A stretch of 64,000 nucleotides of DNA from Deferribacterales bacterium (GCA_050253075.1 JBFWJS010000001.1:544001-608000), one strand, 5' to 3'. Positions 1 through 10,573 are shown, counted from the first letter of the stretch. The notes: a model not told the origin generated them from the sequence alone. Numbers and translations: made by a program.

Positions 1-984
1 ATGCCTGATATCCTCGATGCGGGCGATGTTGTTGTGAAGATAAGCAAAACGACCATATGCGGAACTGACCTTCATATATTGAAAGGCGACGTACCCACAT
101 GTGAGCCCGGCAGGATACTGGGGCATGAAGGCGTAGGAATAATAGAATCAGCAGGCTCCGCCGTGAAGTCATTCAAGAAAGGCGACAAGGTGCTGGTTTC
201 ATGTATAAACTCTTGTGGCATATGTGAATATTGCCGAAGGGGCATGTTTTCCCACTGTGAGACAGGCGGGTGGATACTGGGCAATACCATAGACGGCCTT
301 CAGGCTGAATATGCACGTATACCCCACGCAGATACCAGTCTGTATCACATCCCCGAAGGGATGGACGAGGAAGCCCTCGTGATGCTGAGCGACATCCTCC
401 CCACAGGCTTTGAGTGCGGCGTGCTGAACGGCAAGGTCGCCCCGGGGAGCACCGTTGCCATAGTGGGCGCAGGGCCTATAGGTCTCGCTGCGCTTCTGAC
501 GGCGCAGTTCTATTCACCTTCAAAGATAATCGTAATAGACATGGATAAGAGCAGGCTGGAAGTGGCAAAGAAATTCGGCGCTACAGATGTAGTGAACAAC
601 TCTGAAACCGACGCAGTGAAAGCCGTGCAGGCTCTCACGGGAGGCAAAGGGGTGGATACTGCTATGGAGGCCGTGGGCATACCGGCAACATTCGAGCTTT
701 GTCAGTATCTTATCGCTCCGGGCGGAGTGATCGCGAACATCGGCGTGCACGGTGTAAAGGCTGACCTGCATCTGGAAGACCTATGGTCTAAGAACATCAC
801 CATCACCACGAGACTGGTGGATACGGTCTCCACGCCTATGCTGCTGAAAACAGTGCAGGCTGAAAAGGTAGACCCGAAAAAGCTGATCACCCACAGGTTC
901 AAGCTGGATGACATAATGGAGGCATATGATGTCTTCGGAAGGGCTGCCGATACAGGCGCATTAAAGGTAATAATAGAAGCATAA
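1..984 (+). CDS. Zinc-dependent alcohol dehydrogenase family protein (MDR); N-terminus probably cut by window edge
   Basis: ICGTDLH and GHEGVG catalytic Zn motifs, CGICEYC...C structural Zn cluster, GAGPIG Rossmann motif. Confidence 0.9.
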   Translation: MPDILDAGDVVVKISKTTICGTDLHILKGDVPTCEPGRILGHEGVGIIESAGSAVKSFKKGDKVLVSCINSCGICEYCRRGMFSHCETGGWILGNTIDGLQAEYARIPHADTSLYHIPEGMDEEALVMLSDILPTGFECGVLNGKVAPGSTVAIVGAGPIGLAALLTAQFYSPSKIIVIDMDKSRLEVAKKFGATDVVNNSETDAVKAVQALTGGKGVDTAMEAVGIPATFELCQYLIAPGGVIANIGVHGVKADLHLEDLWSKNITITTRLVDTVSTPMLLKTVQAEKVDPKKLITHRFKLDDIMEAYDVFGRAADTGALKVIIEA

Positions 985-992
985 TCATACAG

Positions 993-1049
993 GCGGGTCG
1001 GAATATGGACGAAAATACGTAATGATTCCGATCCGCTCTCTTATTTTTT
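993..1049 (+). terminator. Putative intrinsic terminator
   Basis: GCGGGTCGGAAT (993-1004) pairs with ATTCCGATCCGC (1025-1036), T-rich tract follows; loop is unusually long (20 nt). Confidence 0.45.
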
Positions 1050-1118
1050 ACAAAACTTATATAGAAATTTCTGCTAAAACAGTTAATATTGAAACTAGTT
1101 AATGTCTAGGGGTGATCC

Positions 1119-2108
1119 GTGCGTAAATATATCCTTTCAATATTCCTGCCGATACTGGTCTTTATCAGCATAAACAGCTTTGCATATACTCTGATGCCTG
1201 CGAAAAAACATGCAGTAATCACAGGCTATACCCGAGCGGTGAGCACCATGAGCGTGACAGCCGAAACATCGGGCAGGCTCTCAGATGTGAGGCTCGCTAT
1301 GGGTGATGTCTCCGACGGATCCGTATTCGCAGTCATAGACCCCACATTCACCAAGTACGACATACAATCCGTAACAAACTCTATAAAGAAGATAGACGCC
1401 TCAGTAGAGAGGCTTGAAAATAATATCGCATACCTCAAAAAAGAGTTCGGCAGGACGGAATCGCTCTATCTCAGCGAGGTAGAGACCGAAAGCAGGCGTG
1501 ACGCCGCAAGACAGTCTCTGGATCAGGCTGAGATGAGCCGTGACGAGCTCCTTGTGGAGAAAGAATCTCTCGGCATACAGCTCTCGCAGCTGAACGAAGT
1601 GCTCCGCAGACAGTATCTGAAAGTCCCCGCAGGGTGGACAGTGACCACAAAGCCTCTGGAAAAGGGCGAGCTGATATCCGCAGGTGCGCTGATAGCCAAA
1701 GCGGGAGATTTCAGAAAGCTGATAGTCCCTGTATTTGTGGATAATGCCCAGATGGATTATCTGGTGAAATCGGGCGGCATAGACGTCACCGTGGCGGGTG
1801 TAAAGCATAAGGCAAGGGTGAACAGAGTGAGCCCCGCCTTTGACGAGACCACACGCAAACGCCCCGCAGAGCTCATCATAGACATGAGCGGTGTGGGCGG
1901 TCTGACCGTTGAGATACCCGTGGAGACCGATGCCGAAGGGCTGATGGTTCATAAAGATGCTGTGAACGAGAGATATGCGAACGCAAGGGTCGTGTCGAAC
2001 GGACAGGAGATAAAGGTCAGCATATCCGGACGTGACGGCGACATGGTCATACTTGCGCCGAATGAAAAGCTGAAAGCAGGGATGGAGCTCGAGGCGGTGA
2101 ATAAGTGA
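1119..2108 (+). CDS. RND efflux periplasmic adaptor (membrane fusion protein)
   Basis: Signal peptide, lipoyl-like half motifs flanking a coiled coil, SPAFDETTRK motif; overlaps RND permease gene. Confidence 0.8.
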   Translation: MRKYILSIFLPILVFISINSFAYTLMPAKKHAVITGYTRAVSTMSVTAETSGRLSDVRLAMGDVSDGSVFAVIDPTFTKYDIQSVTNSIKKIDASVERLENNIAYLKKEFGRTESLYLSEVETESRRDAARQSLDQAEMSRDELLVEKESLGIQLSQLNEVLRRQYLKVPAGWTVTTKPLEKGELISAGALIAKAGDFRKLIVPVFVDNAQMDYLVKSGGIDVTVAGVKHKARVNRVSPAFDETTRKRPAELIIDMSGVGGLTVEIPVETDAEGLMVHKDAVNERYANARVVSNGQEIKVSISGRDGDMVILAPNEKLKAGMELEAVNK

Positions 2109-5100
2109 AAGGATTCATAGAGTTCCTTTTATCCAAAAGGGCTGTCGTAAATGTTGTTTTTGCCATACTCCTTCTGGCGGGTATAAACAGCTTTATATCC
2201 TCGCCCATACAGAACATGCCCCCCGTCGATATCGGTAAGGTATTTATATATACCGTGTATTACGGTGCCTCACCCGACGATGTCGAGAGCCTTGTCACCA
2301 AAAAGATAGAAGACGCCATCGAAGACCTCGAAAACGTTGAATACATTCAGTCGAATTCCATGCGGAACGTCTCCGTGGTGGAGGTCAAATTCATCGACGA
2401 TTCAGACTATCAGGATCTCTATGACGAGATGCGCCTGAAGATACTTAATATAAAGAACGACCTGCCCGCAGAAGTGGACGAGCCTACATTCATCTATGTG
2501 GATACCGAGGCTTTTATGCCTGTTATGGCGGTGAATGTTTCGGGAGATGTATCAAACAAAACTCTCGAACTGCTCGCCACAGAGCTGAAGACCGAGATAC
2601 GCAAGATTGACGGCGTTGAATCTGTGGAGAAAACGGGGGAGTTCGAAGAGGAATTCCACGTTGCCCTTTCGCCTCAGAAGCTGAGGAAATACGGCATATC
2701 ATTCTATGAAGCGGCAAACGCAGTAAAGCTGGCGAACAGCCGTATCCCCGCAGGGACATACCGCAAGGGCGGGATGGAATATATGATGGACACTGGCGAG
2801 CGTTTTTCCTCGCAGGAATCCGTGCTGGACGCTGTGGTGAGAAAGGACGGCGACGGAAACTTTATCCGTGTGCGTGACCTCGCAGTATACGCAGGACCGA
2901 GCTTCCGTGACCCTGACATAATGGTGTCGGTGAACGGTAAGAGCGCAGTACAGCTCATCGTGAAAAAGCTCCGTGACGGCGACACATCCACCATAGCCAA
3001 AGAGATAAGGATCATATCCGACGAATTCGAGCAGATACACGCCGACGAAGGCGTTTCGATATACTACACACAGGACTCTACCCTTGAGATAGACGACTCC
3101 GTGCGTGTGCTCGGCGGGAACATGGTCATGGGTATCGTGCTGGTGGTGGTTATACTCTGGGTTGTGCTCGGGTTCAGGAACTCGATGCTGACATCCGTGG
3201 GGATACCTTTCTCCATCCTTTTTGCCGTGCTGATGAACCATGCCTTCGGATATTCTATTAATACTATTACAATATTCTCCTTTGTGCTGATATCGGGGAT
3301 CATCGTGGACGACTCCGTTATCATCGTGGAGAACATATACAGACACCTGCAGAACGGAAAGAGCATGAAGGATGCCGTGCGTGACGGTACGGCGGAGATA
3401 TTCTGGCCGGTGACATCGTCAGCGGTGACGACTATCCTCGCTTTCGTTCCTATGTTTATCATGACGGGCAGTACCGGTGATTTCTTTGCCTTCGTGCCTC
3501 TGACAGTGATATTTGCACTCGGTGCCTCGCTCATTGAGGCGCTATTCATCCTCCCCGTACATTACTATGAATGGGGGCCGAAAAGGGTGCACGACCACGA
3601 CGACGATGATCACGCCCATGTCAAAGGGGGCATATTCGGCTTTGCGTGGAACATATACAGCAGGATAATAACCGTGCTGCTGAACAACTCCGTGAAGACC
3701 CTTGTCGTCATGACTGTCGTCTTCTGGATAGCTATCGGCATACTTGTCGTTTCTGCTACCGGTGCTATACCGCTTATCAAGGTAAAGTTCTTCCCCGAGA
3801 GCTATTACAGATATCATGTGACATTCGAGATGCCTACGGGCACCCCTGTGGAGGTCACTGACGAGATAGTCAGGGACTATTCGAAATACATTATGGATAA
3901 AGGCGCAGGGGAAGCCTCTTCCGCTTCCGGTTATGCAGGATTTTTCGAAGATATGGATTATGTGCGCCACAGAGGGCACTACTACGGCTCGATAATCGTG
4001 ACACTGCCGCCGAGGACAGACCAGAAGTTCCCCGTGGCGGATGACGATGTGAATGCATACATAGACTACCTCAGACAGGATTTCATAGGATTTGCCAAAA
4101 ATAACGAAGAGAAATGGGGAGTTCTCCCCGATGTGAATATCTTCGGCGAAAATACGGGGCCTCCAGTCGGTAAAGACGTGAATGTCCGTGTGACTGCGAA
4201 CAGCCTCAGCGATGCCCAGAAGGCAGCGGATGAGGTGCTTAAATTCCTAGCTGAAAACCAAGAAACGAAAGTGCTGGTGGAACTGCAGGACAACAGAGCC
4301 AAAGAACAGGCAGCATTCGCCATAGTGCCCAGAAAGGACAAGGTGAAGGAATATAATCTGGACGAGACATCCGTCGTCGCCATCGCTTCAGGTGCGCTGA
4401 ACGGTATGTATGCGGGCAAGTACCGCTCGCTGGACGAAGAGATAGATCTGAAAGTGAAGCTGGTGAAAGATACGGATTATTACAACCACGGCTCAGACGG
4501 GATCACATCCCCTGAGGATGTTCTCATGCTGCCGATAGTCGAGAGCAGCACCCGACCGATATATCTGAAAGATGTGGTTTATATAGACTATAAGGCCGAG
4601 CCGAACGTTATGCGCAGGTATAACGGTAAGCCCGCAATAACAGTTACGGCGAACATCCCCGACGGCACAGACCTGACATCCAGCCGTGTGCAGAATCTGG
4701 TGAAGACGAACTTTCTCAATATCGCAGACAGATATCCGGGCGTTGTTATAGCTTTCGGAGGGGAATTCGAGGAGACAAACAGGGCATTTACGTCGCTCTT
4801 TGTGGCGTTTATCATTGCCGTGCTTGCCATATACCTTGTACTTACGGCGCAGTTCAACGACTATTTTCAGCCTATGCTGATACTTTCTGCCATAGCATTC
4901 GCCATTATCGGCGTGGTATACGGGATGTTTATCACCCGCTCCACGTTCACCATTCAGAGCTTTATCGCCGTGGTGGGGCTTGCGGGGGTAGCGGTGAATG
5001 ACTCGCTAATCCTCATAGATTTTATGAATGCGAGACGCAAAGAGGGGATGGCTCTCAGAGAGGCTGTCATGCGTGCGTGCAGTCAGCGTATGCGCCCGGT

Positions 5101-5305
5101 TCTCATCACTACTGTGACGACGATTCTCGGTCTGCTGCCTATGGCTGTGGGATTCCCGAATAAGTCTCTGGAGTGGTCGAGTATGGCGACAGCTTTTACG
5201 ACAGGGCTTGCCAGTGCGACGCTCCTTACACTGCTGATAGTTCCTGCGGAATATGAGCTGCTGGAAAGAATGCGCACATGGGTTCTGAACAAACGTAATA
5301 AATAA
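2105..5305 (+). CDS. RND efflux permease (AcrB/AcrD/AcrF family)
   Basis: 1066 aa, two large periplasmic loops, GIIVDDSVIIVEN and RMRPVLITTVTTILGLLPM motifs. Confidence 0.93.
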   Translation: MKGFIEFLLSKRAVVNVVFAILLLAGINSFISSPIQNMPPVDIGKVFIYTVYYGASPDDVESLVTKKIEDAIEDLENVEYIQSNSMRNVSVVEVKFIDDSDYQDLYDEMRLKILNIKNDLPAEVDEPTFIYVDTEAFMPVMAVNVSGDVSNKTLELLATELKTEIRKIDGVESVEKTGEFEEEFHVALSPQKLRKYGISFYEAANAVKLANSRIPAGTYRKGGMEYMMDTGERFSSQESVLDAVVRKDGDGNFIRVRDLAVYAGPSFRDPDIMVSVNGKSAVQLIVKKLRDGDTSTIAKEIRIISDEFEQIHADEGVSIYYTQDSTLEIDDSVRVLGGNMVMGIVLVVVILWVVLGFRNSMLTSVGIPFSILFAVLMNHAFGYSINTITIFSFVLISGIIVDDSVIIVENIYRHLQNGKSMKDAVRDGTAEIFWPVTSSAVTTILAFVPMFIMTGSTGDFFAFVPLTVIFALGASLIEALFILPVHYYEWGPKRVHDHDDDDHAHVKGGIFGFAWNIYSRIITVLLNNSVKTLVVMTVVFWIAIGILVVSATGAIPLIKVKFFPESYYRYHVTFEMPTGTPVEVTDEIVRDYSKYIMDKGAGEASSASGYAGFFEDMDYVRHRGHYYGSIIVTLPPRTDQKFPVADDDVNAYIDYLRQDFIGFAKNNEEKWGVLPDVNIFGENTGPPVGKDVNVRVTANSLSDAQKAADEVLKFLAENQETKVLVELQDNRAKEQAAFAIVPRKDKVKEYNLDETSVVAIASGALNGMYAGKYRSLDEEIDLKVKLVKDTDYYNHGSDGITSPEDVLMLPIVESSTRPIYLKDVVYIDYKAEPNVMRRYNGKPAITVTANIPDGTDLTSSRVQNLVKTNFLNIADRYPGVVIAFGGEFEETNRAFTSLFVAFIIAVLAIYLVLTAQFNDYFQPMLILSAIAFAIIGVVYGMFITRSTFTIQSFIAVVGLAGVAVNDSLILIDFMNARRKEGMALREAVMRACSQRMRPVLITTVTTILGLLPMAVGFPNKSLEWSSMATAFTTGLASATLLTLLIVPAEYELLERMRTWVLNKRNK

Positions 5306-5334
5306 TTGTCCCATTGTAGTAATGTGTATATAAT
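5306..5334 (+). promoter_or_regulatory. Putative sigma70 promoter
   Basis: TTGTCC-17bp-TATAAT upstream of the 5362 CDS. Confidence 0.55.
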
Positions 5335-5361
5335 CATCTAATTCTTATATGAGGTTATGAT

Positions 5362-6516
5362 TTGCTGGCAGACATACTTTTAAAGCTTGGCTTTCTGTCC
5401 CTTCCTACGTCTATATCGGGCGCAGAAGCGGCTTTGGGACTGCTCATCATCATGGCCTTTATCAAAGTGTTCAGGACGAAAGATTATTCTATCCTTAAAA
5501 AAGGCTTCTTCATCTTTTATATCTCGATGATAGCGATGGTTGTGATATCCGCTTTTACGGGGATAGATACGAAAGAATCCCTGAGAAGACTATCATCACC
5601 ATGGGTACTGATGTATCTCCCTGTTTTATACGTTATTTTCGAGGGTAAGGACAAGATAACCTATCTTATGTTTATGTTTACGGGCGGGATGCTCTCCACT
5701 TTTTACGGATTTTACAGATACTTTTTCGATCATCAATTACGCATGAAGGGTTTTCTCACCCATGCTCTGACATACGGTAACGTTACGGCGCTGGTATGCA
5801 TCACTGCTTTGGGTGTGCTGCTGTTTAAGGTGTATGAGAAAAGGTCGCATAAGTATATAACTCTCGCCGCTCTTATAATATGCACTGTCGGTCTGATAAT
5901 GTCAGGCAGCAGAGGCCCCATACTTTCCTTTGCCATATGCGCTTTGGCTATGGTGATATACCGCTTCAGGTGGCGAGGCGTCATTGCCGGGCTTTTGCTT
6001 TTTGCTCTGTTCAGCGGTGTTATTTACAGCGCTCCTTCTGTTAATAAAAGATTTGTCGGTACATTCGCAAATATAGATAAGCCAAAGTCGTCTATAGGAA
6101 CCCGTCTCATACTTTGGGATGCTACCAGCCAGGCGATAATGGTCAGACCCTTCTTTGGATACGGCAGCGGTAACTTTCGCAAGGTTATCAGCGAATATGT
6201 AAAAGTACCCGTGGCGAGCAGAGCACACGCACATAATACGTATCTCCAGTATACTTTCCTTCACGGATTCTTCGGCTTGGCGGCTTTGCTGGGCTTTCTG
6301 GGGTCGCTGATGTGGGAGATACTGAGGCGCAGGCGGAGCTCCGGTCTTATAAAGGTTTCTATATTCGTTCTTCTTCTTTTTATGCTGGAAGGTCTCACGG
6401 AGAATGCTCTGGGTGACTCAGAGGTTGTGATGGTATGTCTGGCGGTCATAGGTCTCGCCCTTGCACCGGGGAGACCCGCTATAACCGCTAAGAAAACTTC
6501 TACTGAAGCTGAATAG
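5362..6516 (+). CDS. O-antigen ligase / Wzy_C family membrane protein
   Basis: Polytopic membrane protein with SGSRG, R..LW, PFFGYGSGNF and HAHNTYLQ motifs. Confidence 0.85.
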   Translation: MLADILLKLGFLSLPTSISGAEAALGLLIIMAFIKVFRTKDYSILKKGFFIFYISMIAMVVISAFTGIDTKESLRRLSSPWVLMYLPVLYVIFEGKDKITYLMFMFTGGMLSTFYGFYRYFFDHQLRMKGFLTHALTYGNVTALVCITALGVLLFKVYEKRSHKYITLAALIICTVGLIMSGSRGPILSFAICALAMVIYRFRWRGVIAGLLLFALFSGVIYSAPSVNKRFVGTFANIDKPKSSIGTRLILWDATSQAIMVRPFFGYGSGNFRKVISEYVKVPVASRAHAHNTYLQYTFLHGFFGLAALLGFLGSLMWEILRRRRSSGLIKVSIFVLLLFMLEGLTENALGDSEVVMVCLAVIGLALAPGRPAITAKKTSTEAE

Positions 6517-7096
6517 AAGAAATTATCTCTTTCGCTTTTTCAGCCAGCTGTTCATTTGTACTTACATAAACGACTGTTATCTCCCATATCTGATCGTCTC
6601 TTTCGAGTATGGCTGACCTGAGTGCTGTGGGGTAGTCGCCTTTGAATCCTTCGCCTTTCACGAATGTTCCTTTCAGGTTTTCATCGGCAAAGGGTATAAC
6701 CTCGCTCTCGTATGCTCTGATGTCTCCGCTGGATTTTATCATCCCGTTGAGCTGTTCGGCATATTTCTCCGAGCTCAGGTCGTATTTGGCTGTTATGTGG
6801 TTTACCTTCAGCATGAAGGGTTCTGTCATATATTCGTATGCCGCATAGGCATCCAGTGTTTCTTTTGCATTTTCGTCGAGCTTAGTGGGGATGTGCTTCA
6901 TCTTTTCGGGAACGAAGAGGACCAGCCCTGTGTCTGCTATCTTTCTGGTGTCCCAGTTCTGGCTGAGTATCTCTGTAACAGTATTGCTTATGGCATCCTG
7001 CTGCTCTGAGTTGTTCATCATTTTTTTGGCGTATACCATACCGATAACGGCAACGATGAGTATCACTGCTATGAACTGAAGTCTTTTGTAATTCAT
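6500..7096 (-). CDS. Hypothetical membrane-anchored protein
   Basis: 198-aa ORF with N-terminal hydrophobic helix, AGGGA RBS-like site, fills gap between flanking genes. Confidence 0.65.
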   Translation of the reverse strand: MNYKRLQFIAVILIVAVIGMVYAKKMMNNSEQQDAISNTVTEILSQNWDTRKIADTGLVLFVPEKMKHIPTKLDENAKETLDAYAAYEYMTEPFMLKVNHITAKYDLSSEKYAEQLNGMIKSSGDIRAYESEVIPFADENLKGTFVKGEGFKGDYPTALRSAILERDDQIWEITVVYVSTNEQLAEKAKEIISSIQLQ

Positions 7097-7187
7097 ACTT
7101 CCCTCTGCATGTATAAGAATCTGAACAATTTAGCAGAAAAAATGTCTCATTTAAACAGGGATTTTCGGAAGCGGAAAACAAAAAGGC

Positions 7188-7216
7188 TTTACAAAAATCT
7201 GATTAGGATATAGGCT
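7188..7216 (+). promoter_or_regulatory. Putative sigma70 promoter of the SAM riboswitch leader
   Basis: TTTACA-17bp-TAGGCT ending about 9 nt before the aptamer. Confidence 0.5.
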
Positions 7217-7224
7217 AACTTGAA

Positions 7225-7334
7225 AACTTATCGAGAGTAGTGGAGGGACAAGGCCCTGTGAAGCTACAGCAGCCGGTCGGCATAGTAAGCTGATGTCTGG
7301 TGCTAATTCCGACCCTTAGAAGGAGAGATAAGTC
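7225..7334 (+). ncRNA. SAM-I riboswitch (S-box) aptamer
   Basis: ACTTATCGAGAG...GGAGGGA-CAAGGCCC-TGTGAAGC...GCAGCC...GGTGCTAATTCC...GATAAGT; P1 ACTTATC/GATAAGT; upstream of methionine genes. Confidence 0.95.
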
Positions 7335-7354
7335 GATATGTCTAAGTGCATACC

Positions 7355-7392
7355 GCCTCTCCCAATATACCTTGGGCAGAGGCTTTTTTTTT
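7355..7392 (+). terminator. Riboswitch expression-platform terminator
   Basis: GCCTCT-CCCAA/TTGGG-C-AGAGGC hairpin followed by T9, just before the GGAGG RBS. Confidence 0.85.
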
Positions 7393-7402
7393 GGAGGAAA
7401 TT

Positions 7403-8683
7403 ATGAGTAAGCAAAGGTTCGAGACGATCGCTATACACGGTGCATACAGGCCGGACGAAAAGACAGGCGCGACACAGGTTCCTATTTATCACTCAAATGC
7501 TTTCGAATTTAAAAGCATTGAGCACGCCGTCAGCCTTTTCGACCTGAAAGCTCCGGGATACATCTATTCCAGGCTGAACAACCCTACAGTAGACATACTG
7601 GAGCAGAGAGTAGCGATGCTCGAGGGCGGTGTAGCCGCTGTTGCCACATCTGCGGGGCAGTTCGCCACATACATGGCGATAACAACCATCGCAGGCGCAG
7701 GCGATAATATCGTCGCATCAGGAAAGCTCTACGGCGGTACATACAACCTTTTCGTACATACATTTAAAAAGCTCGGCATAGAGTTCCGCCTTGTTGATCA
7801 GGACGACCTCGAAGCATACAAAGCGGCAATAGATGAAAAAACAAAAGCTATATATATAGAATCCGTGAGCAACCCCGCAAGCGACCTTCCCGATATAGAT
7901 TCAATATCTGCCATCGCGAAGGAATACAAGCTCCCGCTCATCGTGGATAACACATACACCTCACCATACCTCTTTAAGCCTATCGAGCACGGTGCGGACA
8001 TCGTACTCCACTCCATGACAAAGTTCATGGGCGGACACGGCGCAGCTATGGGCGGTGTTGTTGTCGATGCGGGTACGTTCGACTGGAAAGGGAGCGGCAG
8101 ATTCCCTGAATTCACCGAACCGGACCCTTCATATCACGGCACGGTATACGCAGAAGCATTCGGCAATATGGCTTTCGCCATTAAGATGAGAGTGCAGATA
8201 CTCAGAGATGTGGGCGGTACACTTTCGCCTTCGAATGCTTTCCAGATACTCTGCGGGCTTGAGACCCTCGCCCTCAGAATGGAGCGTCACTGTGAAAATG
8301 CTTATAAACTCGCAGGCTTCCTCCTCGGATGTGAGGATGTGGAATGGGTTAACTATCCCGACCTGCCGGACAACAGAAACTATAAACGTGTTAAAGAACT
8401 GATGCCTAATGGCTCCGGTGCTATGATGTCCTTCGGGCTGAAGGGCGGATACGAAGCCTCCGTTAAATTCATCGAAAACGTGAAGCTGGCTATCCACGCC
8501 ACAAACCTCGGCGACGTGCGCACCATCGTGACACATCCGGCGAGCACGACACACCGTCAGCTCTCCGACGAACAGCTCGAGACTGCGGGCATTCCGAAAA
8601 GCCTCGTGCGTGTGGCTGTCGGCATCGAGCACATAGACGATATAATCGAAGACTTTCAGCAGGCTATGAAAGCAGGTAAATAA
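7403..8683 (+). CDS. metY: O-acetylhomoserine aminocarboxypropyltransferase (sulfhydrylase)
   Basis: YSRLNNPT, DNT and HSMTKFMGGHG PLP-lysine motif; start moved to ATG 7403 behind GGAGG RBS. Confidence 0.92.
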   Translation: MSKQRFETIAIHGAYRPDEKTGATQVPIYHSNAFEFKSIEHAVSLFDLKAPGYIYSRLNNPTVDILEQRVAMLEGGVAAVATSAGQFATYMAITTIAGAGDNIVASGKLYGGTYNLFVHTFKKLGIEFRLVDQDDLEAYKAAIDEKTKAIYIESVSNPASDLPDIDSISAIAKEYKLPLIVDNTYTSPYLFKPIEHGADIVLHSMTKFMGGHGAAMGGVVVDAGTFDWKGSGRFPEFTEPDPSYHGTVYAEAFGNMAFAIKMRVQILRDVGGTLSPSNAFQILCGLETLALRMERHCENAYKLAGFLLGCEDVEWVNYPDLPDNRNYKRVKELMPNGSGAMMSFGLKGGYEASVKFIENVKLAIHATNLGDVRTIVTHPASTTHRQLSDEQLETAGIPKSLVRVAVGIEHIDDIIEDFQQAMKAGK

Positions 8684-8685
8684 TT

Positions 8686-9795
8686 ATGTCAGATTCTGTC
8701 GGCGTTGTAAAAACGCAGTACGTCACGCTTAAAGACGATTTCTTTTTTGAGAGTGGACGGGTTATCTCCGGCGTTACGGTTGCCTATGAAACATACGGCA
8801 AACTGAACGAAGATAAGAGCAATGCCATACTGGTGTGCCATGCCCTCACGGGTAATGCCCACGCCGCAGGATATAACAGAGAAGACGAGCAAAAGCCCGG
8901 GTGGTGGGATCAGATGATCGGCCCGGGTAAAGCCTTTGATACAAATAAATATTTCGTTATCTGCTCCAACTTCCTCGGGAGCTGTTTCGGTACTACGGGC
9001 CCGAGCTCCGTAGACCCTCAGACAAAGAAACGCTACGGGCTTAAATTCCCCGTTGTGACTGTCAGAGACATGGTGAAACTGCAGAAAAAGCTGATAGACT
9101 ACCTCGGCATAGAAAAACTCCACTGCGTAGCGGGCGGTTCTATGGGCGGTATGCAGGCTCTCGAATGGGGCGCAACATTCCCATACGCCACAAAGAGCAT
9201 AATCCCTATCGCCGCATCGGCAGCCGTGACGCCTATGGCGATAGCATTCAACGCCATTGCAAAGTTCGCCATTATGAAAGACCCGAACTGGCGGGGCGGA
9301 GAATATTACGACGACGTGACACCTGTGGACGGGCTTGCCATAGCCCGCATGGCGGGGCACATCACGTATATGTCCGATGCCTCTTTCCACAGTAAATTCG
9401 GGCGGAGATACGCCAATTTTGAAGGTATATACGACTTCAAAGGTCTGTTCGAAGTGGAGAACTACCTCAGATATAACGGATATAAATTCACCGAAGTATA
9501 CGATGCCAATACATACCTTTACGTGCTGAAGGCTATGGACATCTTCGACCTTGCCTACGGACGCAACGGTCTGAAGGATGCTCTGCGCCTTATCACGGCA
9601 AAGACGCTGTTCATCACCTTTACGTCAGACTTCCTCTTTCCTCCGTATCAGACGGAAGAGCTGGTCAGCCTGATGAAGGAAATAGGCAACGAACCCGAGT
9701 GGCATAACATACAGTCCGACTACGGCCATGATGCTTTCCTTCTGGAGTTCGAGACACAGACGGACATCATCAGGGACTATCTGGAAAAGGTCTGA
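8686..9795 (+). CDS. metX: Homoserine O-acetyltransferase
   Basis: CHALTG, GWWD, GGSMGG nucleophile elbow, GHDAFL. Confidence 0.93.
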   Translation: MSDSVGVVKTQYVTLKDDFFFESGRVISGVTVAYETYGKLNEDKSNAILVCHALTGNAHAAGYNREDEQKPGWWDQMIGPGKAFDTNKYFVICSNFLGSCFGTTGPSSVDPQTKKRYGLKFPVVTVRDMVKLQKKLIDYLGIEKLHCVAGGSMGGMQALEWGATFPYATKSIIPIAASAAVTPMAIAFNAIAKFAIMKDPNWRGGEYYDDVTPVDGLAIARMAGHITYMSDASFHSKFGRRYANFEGIYDFKGLFEVENYLRYNGYKFTEVYDANTYLYVLKAMDIFDLAYGRNGLKDALRLITAKTLFITFTSDFLFPPYQTEELVSLMKEIGNEPEWHNIQSDYGHDAFLLEFETQTDIIRDYLEKV

Positions 9796-10508
9796 TGGGA
9801 TTCGACAACTCTGCCGAAAACTACCTTAAAAGCACCGACCACGCTGTCGGGAGCGACCTTGACTATTTCGAAAAATATTTTGCGGGCAGACGCTTTGACA
9901 GGGCTCTTGATGTGGCATGTGCCGCGGGGCATTTCGCCGCTGCTTTCCCTGCTGAGGATATCTATACCGCCGACATCAGCCTGAACATGCTGAAAACGGC
10001 GAAAAACTCATTCGGCTTTGACAAGCCTGTCCTGACAAGGGGCGAATTCCTGCCTTACAAAGACGATACGTTCGACCTTGTGGGATGCCGCATAGCCATG
10101 CATCACTTTATGAACCCCTGCATGTTTATAAACGATGTCTTCCGTGTGCTGAAGGCGGGCGGATACTTTGTGCTGATAGACTCTGTGGTCGGCTTCGAGG
10201 ATGCAGAGCTGAACCGCATAGAGCTCATCAGAGACACCACACACCGCAGGAGCTTTAAGGTAGAGGAAATACTGGCTATGGCTTCTGTGGAAGGCTTTGA
10301 GACGGAGGCGTCCGAGGTATTTTATAAAGAGCACATATTCGAAGAGTGGGCACGCAGGCTGAAACCTTCCGAAGAGCAGTATGAAGCGACAAAGGAAGCA
10401 TTCCTCTCTCTCCCTGAAAAGGTCAAAAAAGAACTCCGCCTGAAAACCGACGGCGGAACAATCCTCTCCTACACCGATAAAAAAGCCGTATTTATATTCA
10501 AAAAATAA
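9795..10508 (+). CDS. Class I SAM-dependent methyltransferase
   Basis: ALDVACAAGH motif I, LPYKDDTFDLV, RVLKAGG; coupled to metX. Confidence 0.85.
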   Translation: MGFDNSAENYLKSTDHAVGSDLDYFEKYFAGRRFDRALDVACAAGHFAAAFPAEDIYTADISLNMLKTAKNSFGFDKPVLTRGEFLPYKDDTFDLVGCRIAMHHFMNPCMFINDVFRVLKAGGYFVLIDSVVGFEDAELNRIELIRDTTHRRSFKVEEILAMASVEGFETEASEVFYKEHIFEEWARRLKPSEEQYEATKEAFLSLPEKVKKELRLKTDGGTILSYTDKKAVFIFKK

Positions 10509-10517
10509 CCTGCCTGC

Positions 10518-10551
10518 GTCATTGCGAGGAATTTTAATGACGAAGCAATCT
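10518..10551. repeat. REP-like palindromic element, half copy
   Basis: GTCATTGCGAGGAATTTTAATGACGAAGCAATCT, near identical to 13767-13799. Confidence 0.75.
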
Positions 10552-10573
10552 TAGCCTATTTAATATGAATAGG

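Noticed and set aside
1076..1104. Operator upstream of RND genes (AAC(T)AGTTAAT twice)
   Set aside because: Short, AT-rich, no adjacent regulator; insufficient support
7346..7402. N-terminal extension of metY from ORF track
   Set aside because: Overlaps riboswitch terminator; RBS supports ATG 7403
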